DNA of 15,110 bases from the NCBI GenBank assembly GCA_046570105.1, contig JBKHVI010000061.1, positions 1 to 15,110 on the forward strand. Direction: 5' to 3'. Position numbers and translations under genes: made by a program. The DNA comes from Bacteriovoracia bacterium (GTDB lineage Bacteria; Bdellovibrionota; Bacteriovoracia; Bacteriovoracales; Bacteriovoracaceae). Positions within the stretch are counted from its first letter, which is position 1. The number at the start of each line of letters is the position of its first letter. Under the pieces are notes generated by a model that was not told where the DNA came from, did no database searches, and saw nothing but the letters and a program-made list of their open reading frames with translations. Shown here one piece after another: positions 1 through 6,486 of the stretch.

Positions 1-120
1 GACGGAATCATCGATTTGAATATCTGAGCAGAGATCCGTTTGAATCTCAAACTCGCGGCCTTCGCGATTATTGGTCACTGAATGTATCAGGCCTTTCGCC
101 TGGATGAGTCCGGTAAACAT
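1..120 (-). CDS. ribE: Riboflavin synthase (alpha chain), 5' 40 codons only; runs off the window edge
   Basis: Not in the ORF track. Manual translation from ATG at 120 gives MFTGLIQAKGLIHSVTNNREGREFEIQTDLCSDIQIDDSV. MFTGxI is the diagnostic N-terminus of riboflavin synthase (named ribC in E. coli), and ribD is nearby. Confidence 0.93.
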   Translation of the reverse strand, partial: MFTGLIQAKGLIHSVTNNREGREFEIQTDLCSDIQIDDSV

Positions 121-127
121 GGAGGGC

Positions 128-156
128 ATCTTAGGCCCCTTCAAGCGTTTTGTCGA
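128..156 (-). promoter_or_regulatory. Putative sigma70 promoter of riboflavin synthase (leaderless or near-leaderless)
   Basis: On minus: TCGACA (156-151), 17 nt, TAAGAT (133-128), 7 nt, ATG (120). No Shine-Dalgarno before the ATG. Confidence 0.6.
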
Positions 157-238
157 AAGAACCTGAGACTATTTTGGCTTTGTGCAATAAAGACTTGCAG
201 ATTCATTGATAATCAAGCGACGATAAAAAGATCAGAGT

Positions 239-262
239 GGGGATGTGCGTGTACACACCCCC
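239..262 (-). terminator. Stem-loop 3' of the small ORF; probable transcript 3' end or terminator
   Basis: Minus strand GGGGGTGTGT-ACAC-GCACATCCCC forms a 10-bp stem with two G-U pairs that only work on minus. It is followed by ACTCTGATCTTTTT, so the U-run is not immediately adjacent. Confidence 0.5.
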
Positions 263-268
263 TAAAAC

Positions 269-349
269 CTATCTCAACATTCTGAGGATCAAAAGCGTGA
301 GCTTCAATCCCAGAACGATGAGAGTCAGTACCCTGATCACATCCTCCAT
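269..349 (-). CDS. 26-aa hydrophobic peptide MEDVIRVLTLIVLGLKLTLLILRMLR; candidate type I toxin (TisB/DinQ-like)
   Basis: Below the ORF-track cutoff. ATG at 349-347, TAG at 271-269, and SD TAAGGA (360-355) 5 nt upstream. Single hydrophobic helix with acidic N-terminus and basic C-terminus, flanked by RNA structure. Confidence 0.7.
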   Translation of the reverse strand: MEDVIRVLTLIVLGLKLTLLILRMLR

Positions 350-401
350 AATTTTCCTTATTGTTAAGGCGCCCTTCAGTGGGTCGTCAAAGGAGGATGT
401 G
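338..401 (-). promoter_or_regulatory. Structured 5' leader masking the SD and first codons of the 26-aa ORF
   Basis: Perfect 10-bp inverted repeat at 338-347 (CACATCCTCC) and 392-401 (GGAGGATGTG). It encloses a CCTTA-TTGT-TAAGG hairpin (356-369) that contains the SD. Confidence 0.6.
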
Positions 402-462
402 CGTCTTTTAGCTTTGTGAATGGGATTAAAACAATTTTTTTAGCGAGATTTGAGCGGAATTT

Positions 463-759
463 TCATTTTTGATCGCACTGAAACGTCTGAGTGAGAAGAT
501 AAATCAGCGGAGCAAATGATCCGAGCAGGATTGTTCCAAACGCACACAACCACCATGGCCCCATGGATTTATTGGCGCGTTTTCTGTCTTGGTAAATGAA
601 GGCCAGTACCATAATAATCGACATGGAGAGATCGCTGAAGATTTGGGTCGTCAGGCGATTATTAAACGGTGGAAAAAAATCTAAGAATGAATGATGTTGA
701 GCGGCCCAGAGACTGACAGCGGTATGGGTGGCGAGCAATACGATACAAAGCCATCTCAT
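463..759 (-). CDS. Small integral membrane protein, DUF2834-like
   Basis: 98 aa with about 3 hydrophobic segments. The pattern DL..(hydrophobic)..D.KR....W......LLGS..PLIYL resembles DUF2834 from memory. ATGA overlap with the ribD stop. Confidence 0.65.
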   Translation of the reverse strand: MRWLCIVLLATHTAVSLWAAQHHSFLDFFPPFNNRLTTQIFSDLSMSIIMVLAFIYQDRKRANKSMGPWWLCAFGTILLGSFAPLIYLLTQTFQCDQK

Positions 760-1826
760 ATAAGTTTTCCACTAATTTTGAGATCAGCTCCCAACATTTG
801 TACTTCCATATGATCTAGTTTTGGAAGGCCATTGAGAGACGTAGGTGTGTGGTGGAAAAGGGGCTGGCCTTCGCCCATGATTTTAGGAGCAAGATAAAGC
901 TCCATCCGTTGTACTTGGCGCGCATTGAGAAAGAGTGAATGAAGTTGAGAGCCGCCTTCTAACCATAATGAATGAATGTTGAGGTCACTGAGTTTTTGAT
1001 AAAATTCTTCAAACGCAAATGGCGAAAGTGTCGAGAGACGAATCACTTGTTGGGGAGGAAGGGCATCAATGGTCGTTTGATTGTCAGTCACGACAAAAGT
1101 GCGATGGCGAAATTCATCGGTAAAAACTTGCGAGTTCTTAGGAAGATTTCCGCTTTGAGTGAGAATCAAACGATAGGGCATGCGCTCAATGGTCTTGCCC
1201 GCTAAGCGAACGGTGAGCGCGGGATCATCTTTTCTCAAAGTCTCGGCCCCAATCAAAATGGCATCGTGCTTTTGGCGGCCCAAGTGGCTATCACGACGGG
1301 CTTCATCGCCGGTGATCCATTTGGATTCTCCGTTTGGCATGGCAGTCTTACCATCTAGAGTGGCAGCACTTTTGAGGGTGATAAAAGGCGAGCCGGTACG
1401 CATGCGATGAAAAAATATTTCGTTTAAGGTTTCGCCTTCATTCTCGAGCACACCGGTTGTCACTTGAATGCCCGCGGCTTTTAACAGCTCGACACCTTTG
1501 CCTGCTACCGCTGGGTTCGGATCAAGATTACAGATAACGACTTCTTTAATTTTTTTCTCAATCACTTGGGGGACACAAGGAGGCGTGAGTTTTTTGGTGT
1601 GACAGCAGGGCTCGAGATTTACATAGAGCGTGGCCCCCGTCACATCTTCGGTGGCATTGAGAAAAGCACTAGGTTCAGCATGAGGGGCCCCATGGCGCGC
1701 ATGAAAACCCTCGCCGATGATTTTGCCATTTTTGACAATGACGGCACCGACTAAGGGGTTAGGCGAGACTAGGCCTGTTCCAAGACGCGCGAGTTCAAAA
1801 CAGCGGCGCATGAATAACTCATGCAT
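756..1826 (-). CDS. ribD: Bifunctional diaminohydroxyphosphoribosylaminopyrimidine deaminase / 5-amino-6-(5-phosphoribosylamino)uracil reductase
   Basis: PNPLVGAVIV, HAE and LEPCCH...TPPC zinc-deaminase motifs, followed by a reductase domain (K.A.TLDGK.A...GESKWIT, D.P.LTVR, EGG). Confidence 0.97.
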   Translation of the reverse strand: MHELFMRRCFELARLGTGLVSPNPLVGAVIVKNGKIIGEGFHARHGAPHAEPSAFLNATEDVTGATLYVNLEPCCHTKKLTPPCVPQVIEKKIKEVVICNLDPNPAVAGKGVELLKAAGIQVTTGVLENEGETLNEIFFHRMRTGSPFITLKSAATLDGKTAMPNGESKWITGDEARRDSHLGRQKHDAILIGAETLRKDDPALTVRLAGKTIERMPYRLILTQSGNLPKNSQVFTDEFRHRTFVVTDNQTTIDALPPQQVIRLSTLSPFAFEEFYQKLSDLNIHSLWLEGGSQLHSLFLNARQVQRMELYLAPKIMGEGQPLFHHTPTSLNGLPKLDHMEVQMLGADLKISGKLI

Positions 1827-2754
1827 AAGTTAGGTCCAAATAAATCGGGCGCTCTTTGGGATGGTTAAAAGCTTCTACATAGAGAGAAATATCATAATCA
1901 GGAGCGACTCCAAGCCACTCGCGAATTTGACTCTCACTGACTTCCAGACACATCCAGCGAAAGACACACGCTTGGCGCAGGCTCCTTGCTGTGATGTCGA
2001 TTTTGAGAACTTTGCGGACATCTTCGAAGAAAAGCTCAGTACCTCGAGGAGAAAGTGAGCCAGAGAGAATGCGATAAGGGTTGGCATTAAAGAGCGCAAA
2101 CTTTACGTCACCAGGTCCAGGCCAGTGGGCCTCAAGCTCCGTTTTGTATTCTTTCCAAATGACTTTGAAGGCCTGACTTAAGGGAATAGAGTAGGGCTCA
2201 CGCTTCAACGGTCGAATGAGAACACGCAGGCCGTTTTTATCTGGCAGAATATCGGAGAGTTCGAGACGAGCGAGATCAGAAACTTTCACGCCCGATTCAT
2301 AAATCAAAGCGACGACAATGAGATGTCGAAAAATCATTAAACGCTCAAGACCTTCGGCTTTATCTCGTCGCTCGATTAACCAATCTTTCAGTTTGATGAG
2401 ATCTTTAAAAGGCACCGGATTAGGTTTATCGAGAACCTTCGCCGCCACCGGCACGAGCTTAATCGGATTGTCGGGGAAGTTGTGTTTTTGCACCAAAAAA
2501 TCAAAGAACAAACGCAATGCCTGCACGCGACGGCGGATGGAGTTCGGGGAGCCGTAAAGCTGGTTTAAATGGCCCGCGTACTCTTGGACTTGGGTGATGG
2601 TGAAAGTCTTCAAAATCATCGACTGCTTATGCTGGGCAAGGAAGCGATTGAAGACCTGCAGGTCGGCCCGGTAGTTCTTCACGGTGTTGAAGCTTTTGCC
2701 GCTAAGTTCTAGATTTTTTAGAAATTGTTGCTGAGTTTTGACCAAATCAATCAT
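1819..2754 (-). CDS. XerC/XerD-like tyrosine recombinase-family protein with a degenerate catalytic site
   Basis: N-terminal SAM-like region (S.NTVKNYRADL..F..FL; S.NSIRRRVQALRLFFDFL...DNP) and recognisable box I/II scaffolds (IYESGVKVSDL, ITARSLRQ, WLGV......LY). Start placed at ATG 2754 (311 aa) because the extension to 2976 overlaps rnc and its promoter. 8-nt overlap with the ribD start. Confidence 0.85.
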   Translation of the reverse strand: MIDLVKTQQQFLKNLELSGKSFNTVKNYRADLQVFNRFLAQHKQSMILKTFTITQVQEYAGHLNQLYGSPNSIRRRVQALRLFFDFLVQKHNFPDNPIKLVPVAAKVLDKPNPVPFKDLIKLKDWLIERRDKAEGLERLMIFRHLIVVALIYESGVKVSDLARLELSDILPDKNGLRVLIRPLKREPYSIPLSQAFKVIWKEYKTELEAHWPGPGDVKFALFNANPYRILSGSLSPRGTELFFEDVRKVLKIDITARSLRQACVFRWMCLEVSESQIREWLGVAPDYDISLYVEAFNHPKERPIYLDLTYA

Positions 2755-2760
2755 AGAGAG

Positions 2761-2789
2761 ATTCTGCCTTTTTGCATCCAAGAGGACAA
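2761..2789 (-). promoter_or_regulatory. Putative sigma70 promoter of the xer-like/ribD operon (leaderless)
   Basis: On minus: TTGTCC (2789-2784), 17 nt, CAGAAT (2766-2761), 6 nt, ATG (2754). No SD. Confidence 0.55.
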
Positions 2790-2803
2790 GCCGGGGAATC
2801 TCC

Positions 2804-2832
2804 TTGTCGCAATGCTTCTCGGGTGCTATATA
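2804..2832 (+). promoter_or_regulatory. Putative sigma70 promoter of rnc-era-der
   Basis: TTGTCG (2804-2809), 17 nt, TATATA (2827-2832), with an extended -10 TG at 2824-2825. Confidence 0.6.
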
Positions 2833-2890
2833 CCGCCCACATTTAAACATGTTCCGCATCTCACGGAACCAGACGACCTTGGATGACCTT

Positions 2891-3601
2891 ATGTTGATCG
2901 ACGAGAAAATCAACGCCCTAGCTATGCGTTTAGGCTTCACCTTTCGTGAACCTAAACTCTTTGTGACGGCACTCACGCACCGCTCGTTTGTGCACGAAAA
3001 TCCGTCCCATCCATCGGAGACTTACCAGCGTCTAGAATTCCTAGGTGATTCTGTTTTAAGTCTTATCGTCACCGAAGAACTCTATCGATCTCTCGCTACG
3101 TTTACTGAAGGCCAGCTCTCAAAACTCAGAAGTGCCATCGTCAATGAAGAGACTCTTGCTCAATTGGCCCGTCGCTTAGAGCTCGATAGCTTTATGTTTG
3201 TGGGGAAAGGTGAAGCGCCGACTTTGCATAGCAAAGATTCAGTGATGGCCGATGCCCTAGAGTCGCTCTTGGGAGCCATTTATCTCGATCAGGGTTTTGA
3301 TGTCGCAAAAAAGATGTTTCATCACTGGATTTCTGATTTGAATCTGTTTGATGGCACAAAGCTCGCTGAATTTGATGCTAAATCGCGCTTGCAGGAATAC
3401 TGCATGAAAGAGTGGCAAGAACTGCCGGCCTATGAGTTTGAAGAAAAGCGCATGGGTACGGGAGTGAATTTTCGCGTCACTTTAAAAGTTCATGGCCGCG
3501 AACTGTTATGTTCTCAAAATGTTTCCAAGAAAAAAGCTGAACTTTGGCTTGCTCAGACTTGTTTACAACAAAATTTGCATCTCACACTCTCTGGAGGATA
3601 G
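2891..3601 (+). CDS. rnc: Ribonuclease III
   Basis: ALTHRS, QRLEFLGDSVL signature, ADALESLLGAIYLDQG, and a C-terminal dsRBD (DAKSRLQE...SKKKAE). Start most likely ATG 2891 (GGA upstream). ATG 2849 is an alternative; the track's TTG 2738 lies upstream of the promoter. Confidence 0.96.
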   Translation: MLIDEKINALAMRLGFTFREPKLFVTALTHRSFVHENPSHPSETYQRLEFLGDSVLSLIVTEELYRSLATFTEGQLSKLRSAIVNEETLAQLARRLELDSFMFVGKGEAPTLHSKDSVMADALESLLGAIYLDQGFDVAKKMFHHWISDLNLFDGTKLAEFDAKSRLQEYCMKEWQELPAYEFEEKRMGTGVNFRVTLKVHGRELLCSQNVSKKKAELWLAQTCLQQNLHLTLSGG

Positions 3602-3606
3602 GCCTT

Positions 3607-4569
3607 ATGCTACTCGAAACCCAACATCCCCATAACAAACAACTCACTGTTGCAGTATTAGGTAAGCCTAATGCGGGTAAGTCGACACTCATCAATAACT
3701 TGATTGGTTTTGATTTGGCGATTGTGAGTGATAAGCCACAAACGACGCGTAACCAGTTTCAATGTATCTTCACTATCGATCGCACTGAGATCGTGCTTGT
3801 TGACACTCCGGGGGTGCATAAAGCGTCTCAAGAGTTGAACAAGCGCATGAATCACCAAGCGCAGATGGGCGCAGAAGGCGTGGATCTCAATCTCGTCTTG
3901 ATTGATCTTGCCGATAAACCTGAATTAGCTTTCAAAGATTTCCTCGCTTCAATCGAATGGCAGCTGGGACCTACTTGGATTCTTTTCACTAAAACTGATC
4001 TCGTTCCAAATGCTGATACGCTTGGCATGTTTGCTCGTATGAAAGAGCAGTGTCCGGCGTTGGCTAAATTCTTTGTGATCTCAAGCAAAGACGGCACCAA
4101 CATCCACGAATTAACCGGCGCTTTGTGTGATGCTGCTATCCCAGGGCCACATTTATTCCCCGATGGTTCAGCTTCAAATAAGAACGAGCGCTTCTTTGTG
4201 ACCGAATATATCCGTGAGCAGGCCTTCCGTGTGTTGAAGGAAGAGCTTCCGTACGAGCTTGCTGTCGTGGTGGATGAATATAAAGATATGGTTGATCGTG
4301 ATACCAAGGGACCTATCTCGGCTCACGTTTCGGCTTCGATTCTCGTCAATCGTCCTTCCCAGCGCGCGATCGTGGTTGGACGCCAGGGCAGTGTGATTAA
4401 ACAAATCGGTACTGAGGCCAGAAAGAAAATTGAAGCGATGGTCGGTGGCCAAGTACATTTAAATTTACACGTGAAGGTCTCTCCAAAATGGTTCAGTAAT
4501 AACTGGGTTTTGGATGAAATCGGTTTGCCTCGATCTCAGACGAGTGCCCGTGTTTGGAGGTCTAAGTGA
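3607..4569 (+). CDS. era: GTPase Era
   Basis: [29 protein letters not shown]...EELPY and KH motif [21 protein letters not shown] precedes ATG 3607. Follows rnc. Confidence 0.97.
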   Translation: MLLETQHPHNKQLTVAVLGKPNAGKSTLINNLIGFDLAIVSDKPQTTRNQFQCIFTIDRTEIVLVDTPGVHKASQELNKRMNHQAQMGAEGVDLNLVLIDLADKPELAFKDFLASIEWQLGPTWILFTKTDLVPNADTLGMFARMKEQCPALAKFFVISSKDGTNIHELTGALCDAAIPGPHLFPDGSASNKNERFFVTEYIREQAFRVLKEELPYELAVVVDEYKDMVDRDTKGPISAHVSASILVNRPSQRAIVVGRQGSVIKQIGTEARKKIEAMVGGQVHLNLHVKVSPKWFSNNWVLDEIGLPRSQTSARVWRSK

Positions 4570-6389
4570 AACGTTCAGCAGTTGTCTCCATTATCGGTCG
4601 CCCTAATGTAGGGAAATCGACCGTGTTTAACCGTCTCATGCGTCAGGCGAAACTCGCTATGACCCATGACCAGCCAGGTGTCACCCGTGACCGCCACTAC
4701 GGCATTCTTTCTTTGCAGGAAGGTGCGGGCGATGATCAAGAGGTCATCTTGGTTGATACCGGTGGTTTCTATCCACAAAAAATTGAAATCGATCCGAAGA
4801 TCAAAAATAATATCGATCCGTTCTTCAACATCATGGCCGATCATGCTCGCTTAGCGATTGAAGAAAGTGACTTGGTCTTGTTTGTGGTGGATGTGCGCGA
4901 AGGTTTAAGTCCTTTTGATCAAGGTATTCGCGAGTTTATTCGCAAGCAACAAAAGCCTGTGTGGATTATCGCCAATAAATACGACACCGATAAACAAGCA
5001 GGCGATGAAGTGGATTTCTTCCAACTCGATATCGACGCCGATGATTTGTTATTAGTTTCTGCGGAACATAATCGTGGCATTAACGATCTACGTCTGCGTC
5101 TGTGGAACTTTGCCGGTAAGTTTGAGGGCAAAGATGACCCAGAGATGATTCAAAAAGGTGTGAAGCCTGCTCACGATGTGGTGTCTAACGTCGCCATCAT
5201 CGGTGCTCCTAACGCTGGTAAATCAACTCTTCTCAATGCACTCGTGGGCGCTCAGCGTGCGCTCGTCAGTGAAATCGCTGGTACAACAGTTGATCCGATT
5301 GAAGGTTATATTGATTTGTTCTTTGGTGAAGAAGCGATGGAGCTTAAGACCCAAGAGAATCCTTTCAGAAAAGACGGCATGGAGCTGTATGAAGAGATGA
5401 AGGCCTATGCCAATAAAGGTGTGGTCTTAGATCTCGATGAAGACGAAGACGGTGTGGACGATCGTGTCTATATTGAATTTGGTAAAATGGCGCCAGAGTT
5501 AGGTCTTCTTCCAGAAGCGGAAGAAGAAAAGGCCTCAACATTTGAAACCACGACTCCAGTCGCGGACTTTGATATGAGCGAGTACTTCAATGATGCCGCT
5601 TTAGAGACGGCACTTGATGTGGGCTCAGCAACTCCGACTGATCTTGAATTAGAAGAAGCTCGTCGCGGAACAGTGGATGGTTTCCGCTCGATTAAGCTCG
5701 TTGATACCGCCGGTATTCGTCGCTCGAAGAAAGTCGAAGGCTTTATTGAAGAGCAATCAGTTTATCGCTCATTGCGTGCTATCACGGCCTCAGACGTAGT
5801 GATCTTTATGGTGGATTCTACTTTAGGAATTACTCACCAAGATCGACGTTTGCTCGATATCGCTTTAGAGAAAGGTAAGTCGCTCGTTATCTGCTTAAAT
5901 AAAATCGATCTTTTGCGCGACACCTTTGCTAATCCTAAGAAGAAGAAAGAGTGGCTTGAAGATCTTAAATTCAAAATCCCATGGCTGGGTTTCTGTCAGC
6001 TGATCACTATTTCAGCGAAACAAAACCGCAACATCGGTTATTTGAAAGGCGCTCTTCGCCACACTGTTCTCGTACGTCACAGAAAGATTTCTACTGGTCA
6101 ATTGAACAAGTCGATCGCCACGTTGATTGATCGCAACCCTGTGGTGGTGAATCGTACCGGTGGAACACGCTTTAAGGTGAAGTATGCTTCGATGATTAAA
6201 TCATCACCTCCAACTTTCTTGTTATTTACTAACAAGAGTCAGGGCATTCCTGAGCACTATCGCCGCTACTTGGTAAATGGTTTGCGCCAGGACTTTAGTA
6301 TCTTGAATACGCCGATTCACTTGATCTTTAGAACCTCAAGTGATCTTGAGCGAAGAATGAAGAAGATTCAGGCGAAGAAAACGAAGTAA
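4566..6389 (+). CDS. der: Ribosome biogenesis GTPase Der (EngA), unusually long at 607 aa
   Basis: Two tandem G domains ([22 protein letters not shown] and [22 protein letters not shown]) and a KH-like C-terminus (PPTF...Y.RYL.N.LR..F....TPI). GTG start overlaps the era stop. Confidence 0.97.
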   Translation: MKRSAVVSIIGRPNVGKSTVFNRLMRQAKLAMTHDQPGVTRDRHYGILSLQEGAGDDQEVILVDTGGFYPQKIEIDPKIKNNIDPFFNIMADHARLAIEESDLVLFVVDVREGLSPFDQGIREFIRKQQKPVWIIANKYDTDKQAGDEVDFFQLDIDADDLLLVSAEHNRGINDLRLRLWNFAGKFEGKDDPEMIQKGVKPAHDVVSNVAIIGAPNAGKSTLLNALVGAQRALVSEIAGTTVDPIEGYIDLFFGEEAMELKTQENPFRKDGMELYEEMKAYANKGVVLDLDEDEDGVDDRVYIEFGKMAPELGLLPEAEEEKASTFETTTPVADFDMSEYFNDAALETALDVGSATPTDLELEEARRGTVDGFRSIKLVDTAGIRRSKKVEGFIEEQSVYRSLRAITASDVVIFMVDSTLGITHQDRRLLDIALEKGKSLVICLNKIDLLRDTFANPKKKKEWLEDLKFKIPWLGFCQLITISAKQNRNIGYLKGALRHTVLVRHRKISTGQLNKSIATLIDRNPVVVNRTGGTRFKVKYASMIKSSPPTFLLFTNKSQGIPEHYRRYLVNGLRQDFSILNTPIHLIFRTSSDLERRMKKIQAKKTK

Positions 6390-6411
6390 AGAAAGGGCCC
6401 TCGAAAGTAGC

Positions 6412-6470
6412 TAAAGTTCCAACACACTTATCAGTAAGCGGTGCTTACGTAAAAGTGTGTTGGAACCTTA
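6412..6470. repeat. Long inverted repeat between convergent genes; possible bidirectional terminator or processing stem
   Basis: GTTCCAACACACTT (6416-6429) and AAGTGTGTTGGAAC (6453-6466) are perfect 14-bp arms around an inner GTAAGC-GGT-GCTTAC stem (6434-6448). Confidence 0.85.
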
Positions 6471-6486
6471 AGTAAGCCTTCCCATC

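Noticed and set aside
82..419. Plus-strand ORFs 82-285 and 237-419 from the track
   Set aside because: No SD or recognisable protein features. They overlap riboflavin synthase, its promoter and the better-supported minus-strand peptide.
121..460. FMN riboswitch upstream of riboflavin synthase
   Set aside because: No recognisable RFN conserved blocks. The structure present is explained by the small ORF cassette, and the gene seems to have its own leaderless promoter.
1819..2976. Prophage, genomic island or integron integrase; also the 385-aa long form
   Set aside because: No att/tRNA, phage or cargo genes, no visible IntI-specific insertion, degenerate catalytic residues and housekeeping flanks. 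The N-terminal extension overlaps rnc and both promoters.
5328..5681. Intein in Der
   Set aside because: No Cys/Ser-start block, no His-Asn followed by Cys/Ser/Thr, and no LAGLIDADG motif. The composition is simply acidic and low-complexity.
6416..6466. Integron attC site or CRISPR repeat (GTT...AAC ends)
   Set aside because: The ends only partly match RYYYAAC/GTTRRRY, the element is shorter than typical attC sites and lacks their unpaired spacer and extrahelical bases, there is only one copy, and no intI or cas genes are present.
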